A DNA stretch of 63,627 nt, the filler included, from Octopus bimaculoides (taxonomy: Eukaryota): NCBI RefSeq assembly GCF_001194135.2. It is 4 parts of 4 records of this genome, joined end to end, with 100 filler letters (N's around TTAATTAATTAA, not from the genome) between each part and the next. Parts side by side here need not be neighbours in the genome. Positions count along the whole stretch, not along the records: positions 1 to 31,506 come from NC_068989.1; positions 31,607 to 48,315 come from NC_068993.1; 2 more parts are not named here. One strand, written 5' to 3'. Made by a program: the position numbers and the translations under genes. Every line of letters starts with the position of its first letter. Position 1 is the first letter of the stretch. Below are positions 25,348 through 38,246 of the stretch, piece after piece. The notes under the pieces are model-generated. The model worked only from the letters and a program-made list of their open reading frames with translations, was not told the DNA's origin and did no database searches.

Positions 25348-25947
25348 GTGTGTGTCTATGTGTGTGTGTGTGAACTCACACGTTCCACTTGTATAAACAG
25401 ACATATGCATTTGTGACTATATACACGTAGATAGAATTTCGCTTCAAGGGAGATAATTCACATAGTATTTAGAGTTGCTTCCCTTGCTCCAATCATGTAT
25501 TTCTTTGCTCCCCCTCTTCCTTTCAGAATACAAATGTGCAAATCGTAAAACGGTAAAACAAATTACAAGAAAGAAAATGTGTTTGCATGATTATTTTTTC
25601 ATAATAAAAATATAATCTCACCGAAACAGAAATGCAATATGCGAAGATAATAACGTCTTTGCTTTTCACCAGTTGTCATAAAATGTTATTAAGTTATTTC
25701 TGTCTTCGTTGCTGTTATAGTTTAGCATTCAATTCGGCACTATTTAAGCAGAGAGCTAAAATAAAAAGTATTCCAAGCGTGACTACTTATATTCTTCTCG
25801 CATTCAGATAATGAAAGTCGTTTAGGTGTAATTAATTTATATGGATGTTTACCGCGCAGCATTTCTGAGTACGTCAAGCGATCGTATAGAGTCTCCGTCA
25901 TTGGCTCGTAAGAAATACGGAACGCACGCTTCACTAATTTGTATATA

Positions 25948-26250
25948 CAGCAATCCTTCGACTATCGCGGGTGTTACGTTCCAAAACCCACCCCCGCGAT
26001 AGGTGAAAATCCGCGAAGTAAAAACAGTACTGTACTGCATATTTTTTAAAATTATTTTTATAATTTGTATATATTTATTTTATTATAGGCGCAGGAGTGG
26101 CTGTGTGGTAAGTAGCTTGCTTACCAACCACATGGTTCCGGGTTCAGCCCCACTGCGTGGTATCTTGGGTAAGTGTCTTCTACTATAGCCTCGGGCCGAC
26201 CAAAGCCTTGTGAGTGGATTTGGTAGACGGAAACTGAAAGAAGCCCGTCG

Positions 26251-26295
<45 letters not shown>

Positions 26296-26864
26296 ATGTC
26301 TCCTAGCATTGCTTGACAACCGATGTTGGTGTGTTTATGTCCCCGTCAGTTAGCGGTCCGGCAAAAGATACCATTAGAATAAGTACTAGGCTTACAAAGA
26401 ATAAGTCCCGGGGTTGATTTGCTCCAGCATGGCCGCAGTCAAATGACTGAAACAAGTAAAAGAGTAAAGAGTAAAAGAGAGTATAAATGCAAAACAACAC
26501 CACAGACTCGCCTCCCGAGTTTCCTTTTCCATACAGCATGTGCGATTCCCTGTATACGCATCTACGATACACTACGTATTTTCTTTTAATATATTTTAAT
26601 TAATGTGTTTTACAGTACAGTACTGTACTGTATTTTTATTTGTTGCTTTATGAATTTTTAAGACTGAAAATGTTAATTTTACCACAGAAATTATTAAAAT
26701 CTAAAAAAAAAAAAAAAAATAAAAAAAAACATAAACACCTAGCGGCCGCAGAAACCCGCGATATACTGAGGAGTCCGAGATATAAATTTATATATATTAG
26801 TTAGAAAAATCCGCAATGTAGTGAGGACGCGATAGGTGAATCATGATATGGCGAGTGATTACTG
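25948..26864. mobile_element. Tigger/pogo-like non-autonomous DNA transposon
   Basis: TA-flanked ends: CAGCAATCCTTCGACTATCGCG on the left and, in reverse complement, CAGTAATCACTCGCCATATC on the right. Subterminal cgcgataggtgaa recurs at both ends. Confidence 0.65.
26087..26478 (+). mobile_element. Well-preserved group B SINE nested in the Tigger-like element
   Basis: GGCGCAGGAGTGGCTGTGTGGTAA head, GGTTCAGCCCC box, ...GGAAACTGAAAGAAGCCCGTCG, internal (TA)(TG)n and a (GTAAAAGA)-type tail. Confidence 0.85.
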
Positions 26865-26869
26865 TAGAG

Positions 26870-27149
26870 CAGTGGCTCCCAAAGTGGGCAGTTCTGCCCC
26901 TCTGGGGGCGGTGGAAAGATCCAGGGGTCGTTGAAGAAAAGCGGGATGATAATGGGGTGGCCAAAATGGGGTGATAGATGTATAAAAACAATTTTGGTTG
27001 GTTAATTAGGCTTATGTTTTATTTGTGAAAAAAAGTTGTTTTGAATTTGCAGAAAGTGGTATATATATGTGGTGGGGAGGGTGAAGGGCGTTAGCGATAT
27101 GGCATAGGTGCCAAGGGGGCAGCAGCCCGAAAATGTTTGGGAACCACTG
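26870..27149. mobile_element. hAT/Charlie-like MITE (280 bp)
   Basis: TIRs CAGTGGCTCCCAAA and CAGTGGTTCCCAAA. The 8-bp flanks ctgtagag and ttgtacag match at 6/8 positions and fit a decayed hAT target-site duplication. Confidence 0.75.
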
Positions 27150-27177
27150 TTGTACAGGGATTTTTTTTTTGTCTCTT

Positions 27178-27592
27178 ATCTATTAACTGTTTCAGTCATT
27201 AATTACACTGTTTTAGTCATTAATGGGACACCTCTTTGAGTAATTTTAGTCGAAACTAATCGCTCCTAATACGTATTTCCGTTTAAAGCCTGGTACTTAT
27301 TCTAGCGGTCACTTTTGCCGGACCGCTAGGTTACAAGAACATAAACACACCAACACTGGTTGTAAAGCGGGATGGGGGACAAACACACACACGCATACAC
27401 ACACAAAGACACATTTATATATATATTTGTATGACAGGCTTCTTTCAGTTTCTGTCTGTTAAATTCACTTATAAGATTTTGGTCGGCCCGATGATATAGT
27501 AGAAGACACTTGCCCAAGGTGCCCTCACATACGGGGAGTGAACCCGAAATCATGTGGTTGGGAAGTAAACTTCTTACAATACAACCACGCCT
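27178..27592 (-). mobile_element. Group B SINE
   Basis: Group B head, core, microsatellite and tail in reverse complement. Confidence 0.75.
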
Positions 27593-28924
27593 GGACAGAC
27601 TATGTTAATATTTTCTGCATCATTCTAATTTTAGAATATGTAACTCCTAACCAGTACCTTTCGCTCTGCGAGTGCTAATAAAAATTGGTGTTAAGGGTAC
27701 ACGTGTCTGTGGAGTACCCGGCCACTTACGAGCAGGTAATTCAGGAGCAGGTAATTCAGTAAATCGAACGAGTGAATCCTCGACGTCGATCGAGGGAAAT
27801 TCACCACCACAATCACCACCGCCGCCCGACGTTCTAATGATTTTCCCGACGTTCTAATGATTCTCCCAGCTAGTCTGATGTATTGACCCCAAAATATTGA
27901 AAAGTAAAGATGACTGCGGTTGGATTTGATCGTAGGCAGCCAGAACAAATGCTGTAAAGATATTTTATCATATGCTCTAATGATTCTGCCAGTTCGTCAA
28001 CTCACATATGAATCACGAATTGAATATACAGGATTATAAAGCGGCGAGCTGGTAGAATCATTTGCACGCCGGGCGAAATGCTTAGCTGTATTTCGTGTGT
28101 CGCCACGTTCTGCGTTCAAATTCCGCCGAGGGCGACTTAATATAATATAATATAATATGACATGACATGATATAATATAATATATATTAATATAATATAA
28201 TATAATGTAATGTAATATAAAGTATTTTCATTAAATTTCTTCAAATATTTCCTGTTAAAAAGCGGTAAAAACTCAGAAGAACAAACCAATTACCGTTTCT
28301 AAATCAACAATTTTTTAAAAATTATAGTTTTTAATTTTACTTTAGAAATTTAAATGATTCCACAAAGTGGTCAATGATATATGAAGTTTGCTGACCTGCT
28401 GGCATAAAAGAATCATAACTAAAAAAAAGATGTAGTTTCCAGAAAACATACATTCTTACATTAATAATTTCTAACACGCTCTGCCTTAATAATCAGATGA
28501 CCTGTTGTGTGTTAAAGATTGACAGACGATAGATTTTTGTGTATTAAAATTGACAGACAGCAGCACACCCTGCGTAGTTTCGATGACCTATCGACAAAAC
28601 TACAAGTGTATTAATTAATGCTTATATGTTTTTCTCATTCACTGAACCCAGATACTTGGTTCACTTCCTTTTCAGTGGACCCCAAAGTTCATTCTACAGA
28701 AAACGAACTAAATCAACTGTTTGAAATAACATACAAATCTTGTTAAGCGGAATAACTCACAGCCTTTTACATTCTCATCACCTGCTGCTAAACACGGCTT
28801 TCAACGATTTTTAAATAAACAAATCTAACTCGGACGGTTGTAGATTGTTCTTTTGTTTTGGATTTGTTTTGGATTTGTTTTGTCTCAGAGAATCAGTTAA
28901 GGGCATTTAATTTATTTATATTAT

Positions 28925-29176
28925 ATATTATTTCTTTACTGGCTACAAGGGGCTACACACAGAGGGGACAAACAAGGACAGACAAACGGATTAAGTCGAT
29001 TATATCGACCCCAGTGCGTACTTATTTAATCGACCCCGAAAGGATGAAAGGCAAAGTCGACCTCGGCGGAATTTGAACTCAGAACGTAACGGCAGCCGAA
29101 ATACCGCTAAGCATTTCGCCCGGTGTGCTAAGGTTTCTGCCAGCTCGCCGCCTCCATATTATTATTATCATCATCA

Positions 29177-29250
<74 letters not shown>

Positions 29251-29505
29251 TTATTATATTATATATTTATTTATATTATATATGATCACTAAGGCGGTGT
29301 GCTGACAGAAACGTTAGCACGCCGAGCATAATGCTTAGCGGCATTTCGTCCGTCTCTACGTTCTGAGTTCAAATTCCGCCGAGGTCGACTTTGCTTTTCA
29401 TCTTCTCGGGATCGATAAAATAAGTACCACTTGAGCACGGAGGTTGATGTAATCGGCTTACCCTCTCCCTCAAAATTGCTAGCCTTGTGCCAAAATTTGA
29501 AATTA
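28925..29505. mobile_element. Head-to-head inverted pair of group A SINEs (28925-29153 minus; 29290-29505 plus) separated by (TAT)n
   Basis: Both heads and cores are visible, with a (TAT/CAT)n tract at about 29156-29250 between them. Confidence 0.85.
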
Positions 29506-29871
29506 TTATATATGCTCACTGGCACTAGAAGACTACAGAGATAAGATTTCAGCAAACAAGACCCGGTATCTGGTTTCTATTTACGGCCATGTTTAAATTT
29601 AATCAACTGAAAATATTTAAGGCTTTTGCGANNNNNNNNNNNNNNNNNNNNNNNNNNNNNNNNNNNNNNNNNNNNNNNNNNNNNNNNNNNNNNNNNNNNN
29701 NNNNNNNNNNNNNNNNNNNNNNNNNNNNNNNNNNNNNNNNNNNNNNNNNNNNNNNNNNNNNNNNNNNNNNNNNNNNNNNNNNNNNNNNNNNNNNNNNNNN
29801 NNNNNNNNNNNNNNNNNNNNNNNNNNNNNNNNNNNNNNNNNNNNNNNNNNNNNNNNNNNNNNNNNNNNNNN

Positions 29872-29934
<63 letters not shown>

Positions 29935-30359
29935 TTCTTATATATGTACATTTACATAGATATGTGTAACATATTTACCTATAGATGCAGGCATATAGAC
30001 AGATGTCACAAGCATACATACATACATACGTACACACACACATACATACATACATACATACATACATACATGCATACATACATACATACATGCATACATA
30101 CATACATACATGCATACATACATACATACATACATACATACATACGTATATACATACATATATACGTACGTATATACATACATACATACGTATATAATAC
30201 ATATATACGTACGTATATACGTACATACATACATACATATATACATACATATTTACACAAATTTGTGGGGTAATTTAGAAGTTCCTTTAGCATTTCAATG
30301 ATATATTAAATGAAAATGCTAAAGAGACTTTTGAATTACCTGTGTGCATGTGTACGTGT

Positions 30360-30403
<44 letters not shown>

Positions 30404-31276
30404 TACATACATATACTCACACACACACACTCGCACATGTACGTGTGTGTGCGTGTGTATAGCGATGCCTTTTATGAATTGGACCAAATTAACATTCCAA
30501 TCAGAGGATAATAAAGATGAACTATTTTTTCAATGAAAAAGTTAGAAAACACAATTATCAATTAGTAAAATGCCATCGCGTAGATAAAACTTCATATTTC
30601 TTCCAACTCTTTGATTCCGAGATTCTCTCAGATTACGAATTATAGAATTATCTTCACGCGCTTTTATTTTATATTTTTATTTTTATTTAATACATTTCGT
30701 GAAATAGAAGGCTAATCTAAAGGGTAAAAGGAAACGTAAATATCTTAAGTGGAGGAAGTGATGGAAATTAAGTTGACATTAAGACAGATCGGTGTTTGGA
30801 GAGAAAGGCAATCTATAGTTTACTCCCCTGTCCTACACATACAACATTGTACATTATCGTTACCGAGATAATATATGTTTTCTTTTTTAGCTATTTCTAT
30901 TCCTTTCAGATAAGATGGATGGTTAAACCTTATATAGCATCAAACTCCGGGCAGAACTTGCCTGGTTAAATATCTAAAGGTTTTCTAAAACACCCTACCA
31001 CAACCCGTTTTTATTTATTTATTTTTTCTCTCGGTACACTTAAACACCGGTTTAATCAAATATAGTGCTGATAAAGATAATAATGATGATAAATGTTTCC
31101 GCAAATCATTGGATCTTATAGGGGTTCGTTGTTAAGTTATAATTTAGTCATAGTAAGATGGATAAGGGATGCTTTTCTCCCAGCCCACCTGTACCTACTG
31201 AACTGAATGTCAATGCATTCTGAGTTACATACCCAGAAAATATGGTACTTTATAGTATATGGTACTCCATCTACAG

Positions 31277-31506
31277 TGGTGGCGCAATGGTTAGGGCGGT
31301 GGACTCGCGGTCATAGGATCACGGTTTCGATTCCCAGACCGGGCGTTGTGAGTGTTTATTGAGCGAAAACACTTAAAGCTCCACGAGGCCCCGGCAGGGG
31401 ATGGTGGCGAACCCTGCTGTACTCTTTCACCACAACTTTCTCTCACTCTTACTTCCTGTTTCTGTTGTGCCTGTAATTCAAAGGGTCAGCCTTGTCACAC
31501 TCCGTG
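31277..31506 (+). mobile_element. Group C SINE (3' end lost in gap)
   Basis: tggtggcgcaatggttagggc...ggtttcgattcccagaccgggcgttgtgagtgtttattgagcg. Confidence 0.8.
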
Positions 31507-31550
31507 NNNNNNNNNNNNNNNNNNNNNNNNNNNNNNNNNNNNNNNNNNNN

Positions 31551-31562
31551 TTAATTAATTAA
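31551..31562. other. TTAATTAATTAA spacer inside an N gap (also at 48360-48371 and 62432-62443); an assembly artefact
   Basis: The identical 12-mer has stops in all six frames and sits centred between two N runs at all three sites. Confidence 0.9.
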
Positions 31563-31707
31563 NNNNNNNNNNNNNNNNNNNNNNNNNNNNNNNNNNNNNN
31601 NNNNNNATATAATATAAAATAAAAATAAAATAAACTAAAAATGTGTATATACGTATATATATTATGTGTGTGTGTGTGTGTGTATGTATGTATATATATC
31701 TATATGC

Positions 31708-31759
<52 letters not shown>

Positions 31760-32041
31760 ATATATACGAGTAAAAATAAATACAAAAAAGGTGGTTTTTT
31801 TGTATGATTGTGTATAGAGGAATATATTATTTTGTTTAAAAGAGTTCCAACACTGTCTGTTTTTTTATGTTTTATTTATATTCCTGCAGAACCAATGTGG
31901 GGTATAGAATATGGAATATACAATATATAATATAATATACAATATATAATATAAAATAAAAATAAAATAAACTAAAAATGTGTATATACGTATATATATT
32001 ATGTGTGTGTGTGTGTGTGTATGTATGTATATATATCTATA

Positions 32042-32149
<108 letters not shown>

Positions 32150-32220
32150 CATGTATACATATATATATTTATAGGTATATATATGTATATATATATATGT
32201 GTATATACGTATATATATTA

Positions 32221-32287
<67 letters not shown>

Positions 32288-32436
32288 GTTGTTCTCTTTG
32301 ACTGTTTGTGTGTCTGTCTCTGCCTCTACCTAGCTTCCACTTTCTTTTCCCACCTCTGTCTACGTCTCTTTCTGTCTATCAAAACAGACCACATTATGAT
32401 TAAATGCAGCAGATGTACTTGGTGACACTAGCAAAC

Positions 32437-32502
<66 letters not shown>

Positions 32503-32616
32503 TCTATTCTATGTAGTATGCATGTCCACAAATATACGTTTATAGTTTTATACATGAATACATGTATGTATATTTACTTACATGCATGCACACACACACA
32601 CGCATACACTTATATG

Positions 32617-32697
<81 letters not shown>

Positions 32698-32788
32698 ACA
32701 AACATACATATGTGTGTATGCCTGTCCATATANNNNNNNNNNNNNNNNNNNNNNNNNNNNNNNNNNNNNNNNNNNNNNNNNNNNNNNN

Positions 32789-32835
<47 letters not shown>

Positions 32836-33375
32836 TATGCACACATATATATTTGTATATATACACATACATGCATACGTACATGGTTAGATACATAAAT
32901 AGATAGGCAGACATATAGATAGATAGACAGACAGACAGATAGATAGATTGATTAATAGATAGATAGATAGATAGATAGATTGGTATTGAAATCATGAAAG
33001 TAATAAGATGGAAGCGAAATTCCTTATCCCTAACTCTCCTATACTGCCATTCTTCTAGTCGTTATGTCTACATAATTCTGCTGAGACATCCGGCCAAACC
33101 AACTTCAACTGTCGTAATCTTCTCTTTCTCTCTTTCTTTCTTCCTTCTTCGTTTTCCCTTCGTCATCTTCCTTCTTTTCTTCCTCTTCCACCTTCTTCCT
33201 TATTATTCCTCTTTTTATCCCTCTCACTTTTACCCATTTGCAAGTTGCATATAAATAAATAAATGAATAAATACGTAAAGAGTAAAAAATAAAGAAAATA
33301 AAATTAAAAAAACAAAACAAAACAAAACAAAAGATCCCTCCATTTTGGGAAGATTTGTTTATTTAATAGTCTGAA

Positions 33376-33415
33376 ATGTTTGGTAGTAGTGGTGGTTGTG
33401 GTGGTGGTGGTGTTG

Positions 33416-33453
<38 letters not shown>

Positions 33454-33792
33454 GGTGCTGCTGGTGCCGATGATTCAGCTGCTGCTGCTGTTGCTGGTGC
33501 TATGTATTACTGCTACCACTACTATTACTGTTGTTACTATTGCTGTTGTTCCCGATGTTGCTGTTGGTGATGATGATCTTGACGTTGATGCTGCAGTTGT
33601 CTTTGTTGTTATTACAATTGTTGCTTGTTTTGCGTTCGTCGCCGCTGCCACCACCGCCACCGTCTCCGCCGCCACAACAGCTCCTGACGTCGGCACAACC
33701 GGCACCGCCGCCACCGCCGCCGCCTCTGCCCTCACCGCCGCCACCGCTTCAAACGCAGCCATCGCCACCGCCACGTCAGCGGCATCGCCATA

Positions 33793-33869
<77 letters not shown>

Positions 33870-33890
33870 CTTCTTCTTCTTCTTCTTCTG
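33376..33890. repeat. Compound trinucleotide low-complexity tract (GGT/ACT/GCT/GCC/ACT/TCT)
   Basis: Successive degenerate triplet arrays. The ORFs here are homopolymeric, and I saw no convincing splice sites bounding them. Confidence 0.8.
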
Positions 33891-34302
33891 CATTTACAGG
33901 AAATAAAGTCTTGAACAATGCAACATTTGCAGAAGAGAAAGAGAAAAGATATAGAAATAAAGAATGAAAGAAGAGATCCAGTGTATGTAATGCACACACA
34001 CACACACACACACACACCTATATATATATGTATGCATGTATGATGGAGTGGGAGAATGAGAGCAAGAGTGTGAGAGGAGAAGAGGGAGAGACGGAGGAAG
34101 TGGGGGAGGAGAAAACTGGGTTAATGAAAATGGTGAACGAATTGAATGGTTTCAGTGTTTAGGATGGTTTGGTAGATTTTCAGACAACTTTCTATTGAAA
34201 CAGGACAAACTTATTAAAATCATGCAAACTTCCACAGTGACTCACAGCTGTTAAGGGCAAGCCCAACATCTTTCTCTTTGCTGCTCTCTCCCTCTCTCTC
34301 TC

Positions 34303-34335
<33 letters not shown>

Positions 34336-35118
34336 GTCTCTCTGTCTCTCTCTCTCTCTGTCTCTCTGTCTCTCTCTCTCTGTCTCTCTGTCTCTCTCTC
34401 TTCACTTTCCTTTTTTTTCTCGGTTTTGCTCTCTTTTCGCGCTTCCCGCTCTCTGTCACTTCCTTTCTTTCGCGATGTATACATACACACTTAGATAGAC
34501 ATATATGTACATACATGTATATNNNNNNNNNNNNNNNNNNNNNNNNNNNNNNNNNNNNNNNNNNNNNNNNNNNNNNNNNNNNNNNNNNNNNNNNNNNNNN
34601 NNNNNNNNNNNNNNNNNNNNNNNNNNNNNNNNNNNNNNNNNNNNNNNNNNNNNNNNNNNNNNNNNNNNNNNNNNNNNNNNNNNNNNNNNNNNNNNNNNNN
34701 NNNNNNNNNNNNNNNNNNNNNNNNNNNNNNNNNNNNNNNNNNNNNNNNNNNNNNNNNNNNNNNNNNNNNNNNNNNNNNNNNNNNNNNNNNNNNNNNNNNN
34801 NNNNNNNNNNNNNNNNNNNNNNNNNNNNNNNNNNNNNNNNNNNNNNNNNNNNNNNNNNNNNNNNNNNNNNNNNNNNNNNNNNNNNNNNNNNNNNNNNNNN
34901 NNNNNNNNNNNNNNNNNNNNNNNNNNNNNNNNNNNNNNNNNNNNNNNNNNNNNNNNNNNNNNNNNNNNNNNNNNNNNNNNNNNNNNNNNNNNNNNNNNNN
35001 NNNNNNNNNNNNNNNNNNNNNNNNNNNNNNNNNNNNNNNNNNNNNNNNNNNNNNNNNNNNNNNNNNNNNNNNNNNNNNNNNNNNNNNNNNNNNNNNNNNN
35101 NNNNNNNNNNNNNNNNNN

Positions 35119-35166
<48 letters not shown>

Positions 35167-35354
35167 GAAGAAAAATAAAGAGAAACAAAAACAAAAGCAA
35201 GCACTAGAATAAAAAACAAAGAAATAACAAAACAAAAATAACGAGTTACATATTTATAAAAATCCCCCTCTCCCCCCTCACCACCATCATCATAATCATC
35301 GTTGTCGATGTCGTCGTGTGGTGCTTGTTTGTATTCCTATGACCCTGGTCCTGC

Positions 35355-35700
35355 TTCCATCTCTACATTCTATGTCTTGTGGCTGTGTCCTCTCTCAACT
35401 GATCGATATATGTCTTCACAGAGAAGTGACGAATATGATTGCGGCCATATCTAAAGTGGGACGGACTCCACTGCGCCACTACTGTACAGAAGAGTGAATT
35501 CTTCTTTCTGTAATGGTATCTAATACTTTTGGAATCTTGTTGTAGCATCTGCCTTTGAGGCAGTATTCGTTCCAGAACATGTTCTAAATGTGCAAAAGCT
35601 TGTACATATTGGTACCAAACGGTACAATGTCAAGTTTTCTGGTTAGTGCTTCAATGGCAAACAGATTCATCCACTCTGTGCAAGGAATTCCTTTTAACAT
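35355..35700 (-). pseudogene. Degenerate RTE LINE C-terminal fragment
   Basis: ...SKSIRY...QWSPSH...KTYIDQLREDT resembles the RTE motif WTPSHG...RP..TYI.QL.EDT. Confidence 0.55.
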
Positions 35701-36375
35701 TCGCTGACAACGACGACGACGACGACGACAACAACAACAACGGCAATAACAGCAGCAGCAGCAGCAGCAACAGCTTTCTACATCATTTATATATGTCAAT
35801 ACATTTGAAACAGGCATTGTTAAACGTGTGAAAATGTGTCGTCTACAGCGACTTGCGTTAATCGATGTGACTGGAAGATGGAACAGTGCAAATCTAGTCC
35901 TTGTGTGTGTTCGCGCGCGCGCTCGAGTGTTTGTGTGTGTATGCATATATATATGTGTGTGTGTGTATGTCTGTATGTATGTATGTATGTATATATGTAC
36001 ATATGCATATATGTATATGTATGTATATCACTCCCTTTATTACGTTCGGAGTAGGCATCAGATCTATCACAAATTCCGCTAGTCTTTCGCAAGTTTCGCT
36101 TCGTAAAGTGGTCACTACCGTACTTCACTTTTTGAGAAGTACTGGGATTGTTTAGAGTGTATCCTTAAATTAGAGGAATTCCTTGTTGGCAGAGGCGTAG
36201 TCAGATCTTAAAGTTAGGAGGAGCGAGTACAAAAAAAAAAATGGTGCCGAGACACATAATTTTTTACTCATTTCTCTTATATTATGCGAAATATTTCATT
36301 AGTTATAATATATTTAATTGTATTTTAAATTCATTAATTTCATATTTCAATAATGTCATTATGTATGAAACTTAC

Positions 36376-36506
36376 AACCACTGATATAGGTGTGACAGGA
36401 AAAAGAGGAAACTCCGCGGGATCGTCCAGTGTCGAGAGGTTATGACGTCAGAGTTTGTTTTGTCTCTTCAGATGACAGCGGCCACCGCTACATCAAAGGA
36501 GATTGA
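36376..36506. promoter_or_regulatory. Small CpG-rich patch with a perfect CRE palindrome (TGACGTCA, 36443-36450) and outward-facing GTAAGT donors
   Basis: The motifs are seen directly, but any function is inferred. Confidence 0.3.
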
Positions 36507-37460
36507 GTAAGTAGGTCAAAAACTTGGGAAAGTTTGTCAAATAAAAGAATGACTCCAGAATGTTCTTCCGAGATCATGCGATTAACAATGAATAAATAAA
36601 TAAATAAAAATAATAACAAAAGTACAGAGAAATCCGACTTTTATCGCATATGTGAACTAAAGAGTTAAAGAGAATTATTAAAAAGACCCAAATTTTGAGA
36701 AATATGCTCCGAGAAGCGGTTGGTTTCCTTGCTTCCCTATTAGCTCTACCACTGATTATGGGTAATTTATATAAAGTTATGAATGTTTTTCCTTTGAGAT
36801 GTTAATATGTATTTAGTCCTATTGAAGTGTTATAATGGGACCAGCCCTTGTAAAGTAAAGACTGCTAGGAATGAGGCTAATAGGACTTACTCTTCTAGGA
36901 TAAAGACTACTCGGGACGAGGCATAAAACTAAGGAAACGGTGATAGAAATATTTTGTTAATTTCTTCAAACTAACGACAAACTCCATGAGTAAGCGACTG
37001 GTATTTACACTTACACAAGTGGATCAAATTTTATGAGAGTGTTTTATCTAAAAACTAAAACCAAAGATACACGCATCACTTACACGATAACCTCGTTATC
37101 TACAGTGGTCAGGGAGCTGTATATCTCCATGGTACCTAGTTATTGAGCTGTAGGAATTGTTGTTGTTGCTGTTTATCCCAAGGTTGGGCTAAACACTACT
37201 AAACACTACTAAACAAGGGTTGTCAAGTAGTGTGAAAGATATACATAAACACAGGGACACACACATATGCACATAGGCACACACACATATATAAGCTTAA
37301 CTTATGTGTGTGTTTGTGCGTGTATAAGACAAGGCAAAATAATGGCCATTCCATATTTCTTTATTATAGTAAACTTGACTTACAGCTGTTTCCAGTAGTC
37401 ATTATGGGTTCGTTATTGACTCGCAAAGTGAAGCCGCTTGGCAAAGATTGATCTTCAACA

Positions 37461-38246
37461 CTGCTGTGCATGCGAACTAAGTTTTAAAGTTCTAGCTCAC
37501 TTACGCTGTTTACAACAGCGCTTGGAAGAAAGGTGTGTAGCATGTGATCCTCGCATTGACCATGACAGAGAATGTTGTCATGGCGATACCTACCCAGAGG
37601 CCTACGCAAAGTTTCAGAAAGTGTATGGAGAAGAGAGTATGAGCCGCACACAGACGTTTCCAAGATGGCCGAAAAAATGTTGATAGTGACGAACGTTCTG
37701 GGAGATCTGCAACCAGCAGAAATGAGAAAAAACATCGCATATGTGCATGCAGCTGTGAGAGCAAATCGTCGAATCACCATCCGTGAGTTATCAGAGGATG
37801 TGCAGATTAGTTACAGTTCAGTTCAGTCCATTATCACTGAAGATTTGGGCATGAGAATCGCGTCTGCCAAGTTAGTACCGAAACTGTTTCCAGCTGACCA
37901 AAAGGACACCCGGGTTTCAGTTGCACAAGATCTCCTTCATTGCGTCGAGAACGATGAAGACTTTTTGAAAATTTTGCTTAGATCTCTGAGCAGGTATCGC
38001 AAAGCTTTTAACAAAATTTGATGCAGATTCTCTACTCAGCTTATTCTGCCATGGTCAATGCGATGATCACACGCTATACACCTTTCTTCCAAGCACTGCT
38101 GTAAGCAGCGGAAGTGAGCTAGAACGATAAAAATTAGTTTTATGCACAACAGAGAGTCGCATCAAATGGCTTCTAACGGTGGAAGCCCGAACTACAACGG
38201 GCTTATCCACAGTGAAGATTTCCGGTTACTTTTGGGTTCCTCCTTG
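37461..38246. mobile_element. Mariner (Tc1/mariner) relic: 5' half of the transposase joined to an inverted copy of the element's 5' end
   Basis: Frameshifted YAKFQKVYGEESMSRTQ / VRANRRITIRELSEDVQISYSSVQSIITEDLGMR..SAKLVPKL (HTH domains). Inverted arms lie at about 37461-37610 and 37972-38153, and a mariner-like TIR ends at 38246 followed by TA. Confidence 0.85.

Noticed and set aside
33380-34017. Long overlapping ORFs in the GC-rich triplet tract
   Set aside because: Homopolymeric in all frames, with no splice context or domain signal.
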